IMG/VR virus record: IMGVR_UViG_3300044712_002165
Span: 1 to 64,000 of that record
DNA from: a virus
Reading direction: 5' to 3' (one strand)
Length of the DNA: 64,000 nucleotides
This document shows, piece after piece, positions 7,175 through 15,282 of the stretch. Positions within the stretch are counted from its first letter, which is position 1, and each line of letters starts with the position of its first letter. The notes under the pieces were generated by a model. That model worked only from the letters and a program-made list of their open reading frames with translations, had not been told where the DNA came from and did not search any database. The translations under genes and the position numbers were made by a program.

Positions 7175-7595
7175 GGGGGTGTACTGGTATCGATCTGTGT
7201 AAACAGATCGGTTGCTGCGTGCCGAGGATGATCGTTGGCCTCGTAAAATCTGCGATCAAAACATCAACTGCCAACAGGCTGAGTGATGAGTCGGTCCTCG
7301 CGGAAGCGGAAGCCATCCTGGCCAACCCGGATGCTTTCCTCCCCGCGGAGGTCGAAGCCGTGGCCTAACAAGGTCACCCGGTTGCCTGTAGACGCCTGCT
7401 AAGCAGGGTCAACCGTCATCAGCAGGATCGTGGCGCTTCGAGCAGTGTCGAAGCTCCGGCAGCTGGGTCAAGCTGCACCACAGGCTCTGCGCGATTTTGC
7501 TGATTCAGCGCAGCCTGGACTCAAATCAGCTATGCACGTAGACGCGGCCGGTTGTAGACGCAGAGACGCGGGTTCAACTCCCGCCACCTCCACCA
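7175..7595 (+). ncRNA. ssrA: tmRNA
   Basis: 5' GGGGGTG with G3:U70, 3' T arm plus CACCTCCACCA; tag frame 7270-7368 ANRLSDESVLAEAEAILANPDAFLPAEVEAVA*. Confidence 0.92.
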
Positions 7596-7599
7596 TTTT

Positions 7600-8069
7600 C
7601 GCGCCGCCAAGCTCCGGCTAACCGTGAGGGCTCCGTTGATCCGGTGTACGACAGTTGAAAGATGCACCGGGGAGTAGAGCCACTGTCGGCGGCGCGATTC
7701 AATTTGGTGAGCGCAGCGTCATGACCTGCGCGTTCTCGGCAAAATCCCGTCTGCATAGTGCGTACGAACGAAAGCGGCCAAGCCTGTAGAAGGCGTCAGG
7801 GTGGATATTCGTCGGTGAAAATCCGAAGGCCGAGACACCTTTTTCGTAAACAATACCGCAAAGGTTAGTGGGTTCAGCAGCATCCCGCGACGGTGGAACC
7901 CTTAGGCTGCCAGGCAGAGGTGCGGTGACTCTGCCAACGATTTTGGGGACTACGGACGCGCACCATGGTCAAAAAGCGCGTCCCCGCTGAAAGCTTCGCC
8001 TGACCAGCGTTGTGATGTAGGCTAAACCCCACGCCTGGACGATGAGTGCACGTAGTCGTCCAGTGCCCC
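7600..8069 (+). ncRNA. Four tandem unannotated structured RNA modules (7600-7696, 7706-7839, 7845-7939, 7944-8069)
   Basis: Strong stems (cgcgccgcc/ggcggcgcg; tctcggc/gccgaga; ggcagag/ctctgcc; ggacgcgc/gcgcgtcc), separated by T runs; no credible ORF. Confidence 0.55.
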
Positions 8070-8073
8070 TTTC

Positions 8074-8254
8074 ACGAGCCGAAGGCTAGGGTTATCATAA
8101 CGGTCCTAAGGTAGCGACGCTCCGGTGACGGACTTAGCGAGGACGACGAGTCTGCTGTAGCCGTAGATAAATTGTCCGTTTCGATGACGGTCATCGCATG
8201 AATCCGCGACCCGTACAGAAGACCGAAAAACATCCTATCCGCACACTTGCTCGT
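8074..8254 (+). ncRNA. Y RNA with a 23S rRNA-like insert
   Basis: Ro60-binding bulged helix ACGAG-CCGA...CACTTG-CTCGT, second stem ggctaggg/tcctatcc, TTATCAT motif shared with the neighbouring Y RNA. Confidence 0.75.
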
Positions 8255-8264
8255 TTACAGTTTT

Positions 8265-8408
8265 GTTGGTGGTCCGAACGTGTTGCTTATCATCGGTACC
8301 GCGGGTCGCAGGTTCAAATCCTGCCGTCTCGGCTTTCGATCCGAGGCGTAGCTCAGCCTGGTTAGAGCAGCGGTCAGCATTTGCGACGCGATCCACTTGA
8401 TCACCGAC
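8265..8408 (+). ncRNA. yrlA: YrlA-type Y RNA with permuted tRNA-like domain
   Basis: GGTCCGA...CTTGATC helix; T arm, then closed acceptor hairpin, then D arm; directly upstream of Ro60. Confidence 0.88.
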
Positions 8409-8531
8409 TTCCTTTTCGTCCCCCTGGGTCGAAAGCGTTCGAGCCGCTCCCTTGCCTGAACGCGATACCCAAGAACGGCCGATGAGCACGGCCGGCGAAA
8501 GCGTTTGGGGAGTGCGCGTGCTCGTCCACAG

Positions 8532-10214
8532 ATGGCAAAGATCAGCACTGCCTCGTTTCACCGTCGGCGTTCCATTCCCGTCACTGAGCCCATCCCAGGG
8601 CGCAAGGAAATGGTGCCGAACTCCACTGGTGGCTACGCCTGGAAGGTCACCGAGTGGGATCAGCTCGACCGCTTCCTGATCCTGGGCGTCACTGGCGGCA
8701 CCTACTACATCGGCGAGCGCAAGCTCACCGATGACAACGCGGCTGCCGTCAAGGCGTGCATCCAGCTGGATGCCGGCCGTGTTGTTGACCGCGTCGTCGA
8801 GGTCTCCGTCGGAGGTCTCGCGCTCCGCAACGATCCGGCCATCTTCGCGCTCGCGCTCGTCGCTGCCAGCAACGACGCCGAGGCCAAGGCCAAGGTCGCT
8901 GCTGCGCTCCCGCAGGTCTGCCGCACCGGTACGCACCTGCTGCACTACGGCGATTACGTCAACGCTTTGCGCGGCTGGGGTCCCTCGGTCCGCAAGAGCG
9001 TCGCGTCCTGGTACACCGGCCGTGAGGCCGACAACCTGGCGTTCCAGGTCGGCAAGTATCAGAGCCGCGACAACTGGTCGCATCGCGACTTGCTGCGTCT
9101 CACGCACCCGAAGGCTCCGAACGAGGCCACCGACGCGGTTTTCCGGTGGATCGTTGGCGGCATGGAGGCTGTCAACGGCCGGACCGTGAAGCGCAAGGAC
9201 GGCAGCTCGGTCAAGTACCCGTCGCTGCGCGAGCACCTGCCTCGGTTCCTGGCTGCCATGGAAGAGGTCAAGGCAGCCAAGAAGGCCAAGGATGTGGTTC
9301 GGCTCATCACCGAGCACAACCTGCCTCGCGAGGTCATTCCGACCGAGTGGCTCAATGAGGTCGAGGTCTGGGAGGCGCTTCTCCAGAAGATGCCGCTCAC
9401 GGCCATGATCCGCAACCTGGGCAAGATGACCTCCATCGGCCTGGTTCGCCCGCTCTCCGCGGGCGCACGGCTCGTCAAGGAGCGCCTTGGCAACAAGGAC
9501 TACCTCCGGAAGAGCCGCATTCACCCAATCAGCGTCCTCGTGGCTGCGCGGACCTACGCGCAGGGCAAGGGCGTCAAGGGCAGCCTGTCCTGGAGCCCTG
9601 TGCCCGCCGTCCAGACGGCGCTGGATGAGGCGTTCTACGCCACGTTCGGCAACGTCCGGAAGATCGGCAAGCCGGTTCTGATCGCGCTCGACGTGTCCGG
9701 TTCCATGGGTTCGTCCGCGGCCGGTACGGTCCTGCGCGCCTGCGAGGCGACGGCAGCAATGTCGCTCGTCTGGCTGAACACGGAGCCCGAGGTTCACGTG
9801 TTCGGTTTCGGAAGTACGTTCCGCGAACTCGGCATCCGCAAGGGCATGACCCTGGAGGCTGCGTGCCAGAAGGCCGTGCAGGCGAACTTCGGTTCGACCA
9901 ACATCGGTCTGGCGGTTGAGTACGCGGAGCAGCACAAGATCGATGTCGGCGGCTTCATCGTCATGACCGACAACGAGGGCAACACGGGTGAGCAGCCCGC
10001 AAAGGTGATGGAGCGCTACCGCAAGGCCCGCGTTCCTGACGCTCGCCTCGTGATGGCTGCCACGTCAGCCAATCAGTATCGGGCAAGCGACCCGAACGAC
10101 AAGTGGAGCCTGGATGTGGCGGGTTTCGATCCGTCAGTCCCCACGGTCGTCAACAACTTCATCCGCGGCAGCGCGGGCGAGGAAACTGTTGACGAGCCCG
10201 AGTCGGAGGAGTAA
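8532..10214 (+). CDS. rsr: Ro60/TROVE-domain RNA-binding protein with vWA domain
   Basis: NSTGGY, LDRFLILG..GGTYY, KYQSR..WSHRDLLRL.H, MPLTAMIRNLG, DVSGSM, TDNE, GFD. Confidence 0.95.
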   Translation: MAKISTASFHRRRSIPVTEPIPGRKEMVPNSTGGYAWKVTEWDQLDRFLILGVTGGTYYIGERKLTDDNAAAVKACIQLDAGRVVDRVVEVSVGGLALRNDPAIFALALVAASNDAEAKAKVAAALPQVCRTGTHLLHYGDYVNALRGWGPSVRKSVASWYTGREADNLAFQVGKYQSRDNWSHRDLLRLTHPKAPNEATDAVFRWIVGGMEAVNGRTVKRKDGSSVKYPSLREHLPRFLAAMEEVKAAKKAKDVVRLITEHNLPREVIPTEWLNEVEVWEALLQKMPLTAMIRNLGKMTSIGLVRPLSAGARLVKERLGNKDYLRKSRIHPISVLVAARTYAQGKGVKGSLSWSPVPAVQTALDEAFYATFGNVRKIGKPVLIALDVSGSMGSSAAGTVLRACEATAAMSLVWLNTEPEVHVFGFGSTFRELGIRKGMTLEAACQKAVQANFGSTNIGLAVEYAEQHKIDVGGFIVMTDNEGNTGEQPAKVMERYRKARVPDARLVMAATSANQYRASDPNDKWSLDVAGFDPSVPTVVNNFIRGSAGEETVDEPESEE

Positions 10215-10219
10215 TTCAC

Positions 10220-10249
10220 GGGCGGCTCTTCGGAGCCGCTCTTTTGTTT
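10220..10249 (+). terminator. Intrinsic terminator
   Basis: gggcggctc-TTCG-gagccgctc followed by TTTTGTTT. Confidence 0.8.
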
Positions 10250-10251
10250 AC

Positions 10252-10341
10252 GGAAGTGTGACCGAGCCCAGTAAGGTACCGACTTGCTAAGTCGAGGTCA
10301 GGGTAAAACCTGCGCAGGAGCGAAGCCTGCCACTTCCGCCA
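10252..10341 (+). tRNA. tRNA-Ser(GCU)
   Basis: Long variable arm, G73, anticodon GCT, CCA. Confidence 0.9.
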
Positions 10342-10359
10342 CTTTCCAGAAGCGAAGTA

Positions 10360-10902
10360 ATGTCAAAGCGTCTACCAAAACGCGATTCCACGATTATTCT
10401 GCAACTGGCCATGTCTGCTTACGAGGCGCGCCTGTTGCGCGACGAGCTATGTGGTCAGCTTTCTGAAATGGATTTGGACGACGCTACAGCTGACGTTTTT
10501 GAGGACCACGAAACCGTTCTAACCACGTCTTTCGACGATTGGGTCAACATTCGCCAAAACGACGTATACAGAAAAAGGCTGAGGCCCGTGCTAGAGAAAA
10601 CGGTGAAGGCACTGCGCGTGTCTCTCGGCCTTTCACCTGAGATTCCAACGGTCAAACTGCCGATGGCGTTGGCTGATCGTGACGGGCATACCTTGCAGGA
10701 ATTTAGGCTTTACCTCGACTTGCACAAAAAGGGTCTGCTTGATAATTCAACTAGGCTCAAAGGTCTCGCAAAGTTTGAAAAATGCGCTAGAACGCTGAAC
10801 GCGACTTATATCGCAAAGGATACGTCGTGGTATTACGACGGAACTGTATACGCCACGTTTGACGCGCTTTGCGAAAGGCTCATTAGTGATTTTCGGGAAT
10901 AG
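10360..10902 (+). CDS. Hypothetical protein
   Basis: 180 aa ORF filling the gap between two tRNAs; lower GC. Confidence 0.7.
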   Translation: MSKRLPKRDSTIILQLAMSAYEARLLRDELCGQLSEMDLDDATADVFEDHETVLTTSFDDWVNIRQNDVYRKRLRPVLEKTVKALRVSLGLSPEIPTVKLPMALADRDGHTLQEFRLYLDLHKKGLLDNSTRLKGLAKFEKCARTLNATYIAKDTSWYYDGTVYATFDALCERLISDFRE

Positions 10903-10903
10903 C

Positions 10904-10980
10904 GGGCTCGTAGCTTAGCGATTAAAAGCAGTGGACTCATAATCCTCAGACCGTGGGTTTGAATCCCACCGAGCCCACCA
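10904..10980 (+). tRNA. tRNA(CAU), probably Ile2 (lysidine) or elongator Met
   Basis: Acceptor gggctcg/cgagccc, anticodon CAT, ACCA. Confidence 0.85.
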
Positions 10981-10998
10981 CGTTCTCCTGAAGCAGAC

Positions 10999-11454
10999 AT
11001 GACGTACGCACGCAGCATCAATTCCAAGCAGGCGTTCGAGAGCATTACCGCCAGCGGCGTCCTTTCTGCGCGCCGCCTGGAGACGTACCAAGGGCTCTAC
11101 GAGCACGGCCCCATGACGGCCCGCGAACTCGACAAACTTCTTGGTCGAACCGGCCTCTGGAAACGCTGCTCGGAGCTGGAAAGCATGGGCTTGGTGCGCG
11201 CTGTCGAAACCCGCGAGTGCAGCGTGACTGGACAGGCCGCAACCGTCTGGGACGTGACGGACGTGGCCAAAGCCCAGCCGTACAAAAAGCCCGAGGTGCA
11301 GAAGCGCAAGCTGTACGTTGTCCTCAACCAGCACGGGACTGGTGCTGCCTCGTTCAATCGCCAGGACATCCTCGACTACAAGGAGGCGACGACGGAGGAC
11401 GAAGTTCTGACCATGGACACCATTGACGTGCCGCCTGACTTTTGCTCGAAATAG
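10999..11454 (+). CDS. Winged-helix DNA-binding protein
   Basis: GPMTAREL...KRCSELESMGLV. Confidence 0.7.
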   Translation: MTYARSINSKQAFESITASGVLSARRLETYQGLYEHGPMTARELDKLLGRTGLWKRCSELESMGLVRAVETRECSVTGQAATVWDVTDVAKAQPYKKPEVQKRKLYVVLNQHGTGAASFNRQDILDYKEATTEDEVLTMDTIDVPPDFCSK

Positions 11455-11458
11455 CTTG

Positions 11459-11517
11459 TGCCGCGCAGGAGCCCGCAAGGGCAAGGGTTGATTACCCTTT
11501 TCATCACTTGCGCGGCA
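11459..11517 (+). ncRNA. Small three-stem RNA structure
   Basis: tgccgcgcagg/cttgcgcggca enclosing gccc-GCAA-gggc and aagggt/accctt. Confidence 0.4.
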
Positions 11518-11528
11518 TTTTCGTTTTC

Positions 11529-11603
11529 GGCCTCGTAGCTCAACATCAGAGCAGCGCGCTTTTAACGCGTTGGTTGGGGGTGAGAATCCCTCCGAGGTCA
11601 CCA
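11529..11603 (+). tRNA. tRNA-Lys(UUU)
   Basis: Acceptor ggcctcg/cgaggtc, anticodon TTT, CCA. Confidence 0.88.
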
Positions 11604-11607
11604 GTTT

Positions 11608-11680
11608 AGCCCCGTAGCTCAATCAGTGGAGCGTCGGACTTTGATTCCGAATGTTGCTGGTGCAAGTCCAGCCGGGGCCG
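11608..11680 (+). tRNA. tRNA-Gln(UUG), CCA not encoded
   Basis: 1:72 mismatch, anticodon TTG, G73. Confidence 0.82.
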
Positions 11681-11712
11681 CTTTACTTGACAGTTTGTTT
11701 ACAAACAGGACT

Positions 11713-12060
11713 ATGCCAGTCATGCAAAACGACCCGATGCGCTGTGGACGTTTGTTGTCCTACGAGATCAAACGCCTTCGCCGGTCGCTGCACAAGCACT
11801 CCGGTGTTGATGATCTGACATCGTCCTACGCGCTTCTTTGCGGCATGCAGTGTGGTTACATGTTGGTGGCCGGTCGGAAGCATGCTGGTGCGTCCTCCTT
11901 GATGAAGGTCGTCTATGCGCGTATCGCTGCCCTGGATCAAGGCGCAGCGGCCCGCGCTGAGGCGCACAGTGAAAACAATTTCGCAGTCGTTCGGAAAATG
12001 CTGAAGACGACCGGAACCATTCCTACAAAGACCAGGACACCAAGACGATCTTTGAGGTGA
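11713..12060 (+). CDS. Hypothetical protein
   Basis: ATG downstream of TTGACA near 11687. Confidence 0.55.
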   Translation: MPVMQNDPMRCGRLLSYEIKRLRRSLHKHSGVDDLTSSYALLCGMQCGYMLVAGRKHAGASSLMKVVYARIAALDQGAAARAEAHSENNFAVVRKMLKTTGTIPTKTRTPRRSLR

Positions 12061-12063
12061 ACT

Positions 12064-12636
12064 ATGACTGTAGCCGCATTACTCAAGCAGCCCGTGCTGA
12101 TCCTGAACAGGAACTGGCAGGCTATCGAGGAAACCACCGTCGAGACGGCGCTGGGTGACGTGTTCCGTGGCCAGAAGCGTGCCATCGACACCGACACCAT
12201 GCAGGCCATGACCTGGGACGAGTGGGCGCGGCTACCGGTTCGTGCCAACGACGAGTCCATCAGCACGACCAAGGGTCGCGTGCGCGTGCCCCGTGTGATC
12301 GTCGCAGCCTGGGCCGGCATGCCCCGCAAGCGGCCGAAGAAGAACGGCCGAGGCGTAGCTGCCAGGGACAAGTTCATCTGCGCCTACACCGGCAAGTTCG
12401 CACCCGACGGAAACGTAGACCACGTGATCCCGTTGGGTCAGGGCGGCTCCGGCGACTGGGAAAACCTGGTCTGGTCGGACCGGGAGATCAACCACCGAAA
12501 GGGCAACCGTACACCGGAACAGGCAGGCTTACGCCTACTGCGCAAACCGTTTACGCCAACGGAACTGCCTGCTGTCGCTTTGATCGACCCGAAGCACCCG
12601 ACCTGGGAACACTTCTGCGTCGTGAAAAAGCGTTGA
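12064..12636 (+). CDS. HNH endonuclease (McrA-like)
   Basis: LILNRNW, RDKFICAYTG, VDHVIP..GG..WENLV...N..KGNRTP. Confidence 0.9.
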   Translation: MTVAALLKQPVLILNRNWQAIEETTVETALGDVFRGQKRAIDTDTMQAMTWDEWARLPVRANDESISTTKGRVRVPRVIVAAWAGMPRKRPKKNGRGVAARDKFICAYTGKFAPDGNVDHVIPLGQGGSGDWENLVWSDREINHRKGNRTPEQAGLRLLRKPFTPTELPAVALIDPKHPTWEHFCVVKKR

Positions 12637-12689
12637 CATTCTGATCGTCAGGGCCAACTTTGACGGCAGCCGATAGGGCTGTAGACATC

Positions 12690-12890
12690 ATGAGTGCCGC
12701 AAATCACAATCCAGCGAGGTGCACGTGCCAACTGTGCGTGCAGAACTGGCAGCTCGTTGACGGCGCTTTCGAGCCCAGTCCACGAGAGCAGGCCGAAACC
12801 GTAAACCGTCAGCGCGAGGCGGATAAGACGCGTCGGCAGGATTCGATGCCGGCGTACCTGCGACCAGTGACGCAAGGCGTCATGGTCTAA
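12690..12890 (+). CDS. Hypothetical small protein (HxxxCxCxxC)
   Basis: Short ORF after TTGACA at 12633. Confidence 0.5.
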   Translation: MSAANHNPARCTCQLCVQNWQLVDGAFEPSPREQAETVNRQREADKTRRQDSMPAYLRPVTQGVMV

Positions 12891-12914
12891 GCCTCGGGCG
12901 ACAACTTCAGAAGG

Positions 12915-12948
12915 GACGGGCACCCTAGCCGGGTGCCTGTCGTCTTTT
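12915..12948 (+). terminator. Intrinsic terminator between convergent genes
   Basis: gacgggcaccc/gggtgcctgtc hairpin, then TCTTTT. Confidence 0.6.
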
Positions 12949-13765
12949 ACCGCGCCACTCCTGGCGGTTTGCAGAAGTTGCCAAACCCTTGCGGCAAAGC
13001 GTTTACAGCGAGGTCTTTGCCGAGGTTGACGCCGATCCGCTTCAGGCTTTCAGCGTCGGTGTAGTAGAGGCTGAACGTCGCCAGTTCCAGCCCGCGCTCG
13101 AACGTGGTCTCGTTGCACCGGTCTTCCTGGGTGCTGCCCCATCCTGTGCCGAGGGTGAAGTCCGGCGTATCGTTTACGCAAAGCGAAGCGCTGTAATCCG
13201 TAGCAGGCGCGCAGCAGTTGACCATCGCGGGTGTTCCATGTGGAACAACTCCAGACGTGGACGTGGTCGGTTCGTAGCACCACATCGGCACCGGTCCTGG
13301 GTACACCGGGTAGGGTACCGGAACGTAAACTTTCTCCGGCATCAGGGCCTGCGGCCTGATCTGTACCGGCCGCGGTCGTTCAGCCAAGACCTTGCAGGCG
13401 ATGACGCCGCAGTTGGCGGTTCCGCTGGGTGTGGACGCGGTGTAACTGCCGGTCTTGTTCTCGAACACGAACTGCTGCGTCTGATCGAGGGACGTGCGCC
13501 AGCCCCTGATCTCGACGGAGCTGTAGCCGTTGACGACGTATCCCCTGGACTCGCCGGTTGCCGGTTCCCCCTCGATGACGCTCAGGCCGTCGATGCTGAC
13601 GATGGCCAGGACCCTGGCGGGGGAGTTGTTTTTGAAAACGACCGAGAAGGGTTGCCCTTTTCGGCCTTCGACGTACGTGATCCCGTTGTGGCCGTACTCG
13701 CGGATGCGTGGGGATCGACCGTCGCGATGGATTGCGACGGCCAGCTCAAACTGACCATGCTGCAT
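12947..13765 (-). CDS. Conserved hypothetical phage protein
   Basis: TYVEGRKG..F.N...RVLAIVSIDG...GYVV..IRGWR pattern. Confidence 0.8.
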   Translation of the reverse strand: MQHGQFELAVAIHRDGRSPRIREYGHNGITYVEGRKGQPFSVVFKNNSPARVLAIVSIDGLSVIEGEPATGESRGYVVNGYSSVEIRGWRTSLDQTQQFVFENKTGSYTASTPSGTANCGVIACKVLAERPRPVQIRPQALMPEKVYVPVPYPVYPGPVPMWCYEPTTSTSGVVPHGTPAMVNCCAPATDYSASLCVNDTPDFTLGTGWGSTQEDRCNETTFERGLELATFSLYYTDAESLKRIGVNLGKDLAVNALPQGFGNFCKPPGVAR

Positions 13766-13835
13766 GTTCTGCCTTTCTGCGCCTTTTGGCGACTTTGATG
13801 GACCGACTGAATTGACGATCCGCTCTAGTTACGTC

Positions 13836-14315
13836 GTGACAGCAAGCCTGATCGCCAACCTGCTCCTGGAATCGGGGCCTGAACGCTTCGAGACCGTCGT
13901 GCGCTCGCGCAACATCGAGTTTGTCGGCGGTCCCAAGGACATTGATCATTTCGACGGGGAAGCGACCATCGTTTGGACGGGTCAGCTCCAGGGCGGGCGT
14001 CAGGCGATCAGCGGCATCATCGTTGGCATCGAGAGCATCAAGGTTTGGGGCGACCTGGTAACGCTTGGCCCAGAGGTGTACCCGCCCGAGCACCTGATGG
14101 CTGGTGAGCCGTTTGAAAACGTGGAGCAGATCGAGATCGAGTATCCGGAGGGACCTGCGGAGGTTCCGGACGATGCGGACGCTTCGGAGATTGCGGACGC
14201 TCTTTCAGGTCCGAAATGGCGCGTGGAGCTGAGCGGCGAAACAACGTTCCCACGGCGTCCGGATACCTTGATCATCAACTTCGACAAACGCCTTCTGGAA
14301 GTGATGTTTGAATAG
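13836..14315 (+). CDS. Acidic hypothetical protein with N-terminal LLE tag
   Basis: TAGTTA-N4-GTG; ASLIANLLLES. Confidence 0.7.
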   Translation: MTASLIANLLLESGPERFETVVRSRNIEFVGGPKDIDHFDGEATIVWTGQLQGGRQAISGIIVGIESIKVWGDLVTLGPEVYPPEHLMAGEPFENVEQIEIEYPEGPAEVPDDADASEIADALSGPKWRVELSGETTFPRRPDTLIINFDKRLLEVMFE

Positions 14316-14353
14316 GCTCGACAGGTTCGTCAGAGTTGTATACAGTTTGGCGC

Positions 14354-14593
14354 ATGTGGACGCCGTCTGAGTTCGACAAGCGCTGGGCTGAGCAGATGGT
14401 GAGCGTGCTGCGCGATGGCGCGGTCTGGGCTCTGCCCGGCAACTCGACGGTGTACAAGATCAGCAAGGAGCGCAAAACGCTGGCCTTGGTGGAAGGTCCC
14501 AAGGACTACCTGTTCGACAGGACAGTAGCCACATTCGCCGCGGTCGGTTACACAGTCACGGATGAGCGCCAACTGGCAACGCATGGGACGTGA
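14354..14593 (+). CDS. Hypothetical protein
   Basis: MWTPSEFD..., coding-like codon use. Confidence 0.65.
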   Translation: MWTPSEFDKRWAEQMVSVLRDGAVWALPGNSTVYKISKERKTLALVEGPKDYLFDRTVATFAAVGYTVTDERQLATHGT

Positions 14594-14816
14594 ATTTTCG
14601 CGCACTTGGCGGCGCGGAAAGGTTTACCGTGACTCCGAACTTCGTCAGCTGGCGCGCAAGCGCGGACTTGTTCTAAGGCAGGCGGGCAACGGTAGGGTCG
14701 ATGTTGTCCAGGGGAAGGAAGTTGTTGCCCGATTCCGGGCTGTCGGGGATGCCGCCCCCGTAGACGAAACCAAAGCGCCCGAGCGGCTTGAGGCGTACGC
14801 AGCCCTGAAACTATGA
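14583..14816 (+). CDS. Hypothetical protein
   Basis: Overlap-coupled to both neighbours. Confidence 0.55.
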   Translation: MGREFSRTWRRGKVYRDSELRQLARKRGLVLRQAGNGRVDVVQGKEVVARFRAVGDAAPVDETKAPERLEAYAALKL

Positions 14817-15253
14817 AAATCCTGCTACTGATGATCGCCTTGTCGGCTGTCCGCCTGTCCGCTCAGACCTATGAGCAGAAGGTGGTGGCCGCGGTGATCC
14901 TGGGCGAGGCTGCGTGCCAGGGCTCCAAGGGAATGGTGGCCGTGGGTGAGGTCATCGGTGAGCGTGCGCGTCTGAGCGGTACCTCGCCCCTTACTGTCGT
15001 GACCAAGCCCAAAGCCTTTTCCTGCCTGACCGGTCGTAAACTGGACGCGTTCGTGCGCAGGAAGAGTCGCGAGGAAGGCTACGGCGAAGCGCTACGCATC
15101 GCTCGCACGGTCACCGACACGCCGCAACGTCTTCCGGGGATCACGCGGCGTGCAACGCACTTCACGCGGTCCGATGAGCGCCCGTATTGGGCACGCGGGC
15201 ACCGCCCGGTGGCAGTGATCGGAGAGCACGCTTTTTACCGAATCGGCTACTGA
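14813..15253 (+). CDS. Cell wall hydrolase (SleB/Hydrolase_2 family)
   Basis: Signal peptide; ILGEA..GMVAVGEVI, AFSC, ATHF, PYWA, IGEHAFY. Confidence 0.88.
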   Translation: MKILLLMIALSAVRLSAQTYEQKVVAAVILGEAACQGSKGMVAVGEVIGERARLSGTSPLTVVTKPKAFSCLTGRKLDAFVRRKSREEGYGEALRIARTVTDTPQRLPGITRRATHFTRSDERPYWARGHRPVAVIGEHAFYRIGY

Positions 15254-15282
15254 AGCGCCTGCAAATCTCGTTCTACAGGTGT

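Noticed and set aside
7600-7696. Twister, pistol or hammerhead ribozyme
   Set aside because: Pseudoknot potential is present but I could not place the conserved catalytic cores.
8097-8117. rRNA gene fragment or group I intron
   Set aside because: Only short blocks match, they sit inside a Y RNA scaffold, and I saw no intron core or LAGLIDADG gene.
8296-8375. Ordinary tRNA gene
   Set aside because: T arm precedes D arm, acceptor is a closed hairpin, no anticodon or CCA; it is the YrlA tRNA-like domain.
8496-8513. 16S-like CGAAAGCGT..GGGGAG
   Set aside because: Needs a 2-nt gap and is short; explained by local pairing in the Ro60 leader.
8235-9935. Long antisense ORFs (also 24678-26816, 35019-36170, 53437-54585, 5065-6126, 6243-7325)
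   Set aside because: Shadow frames opposite well-supported GC-rich genes or RNA genes, with no recognisable motifs.
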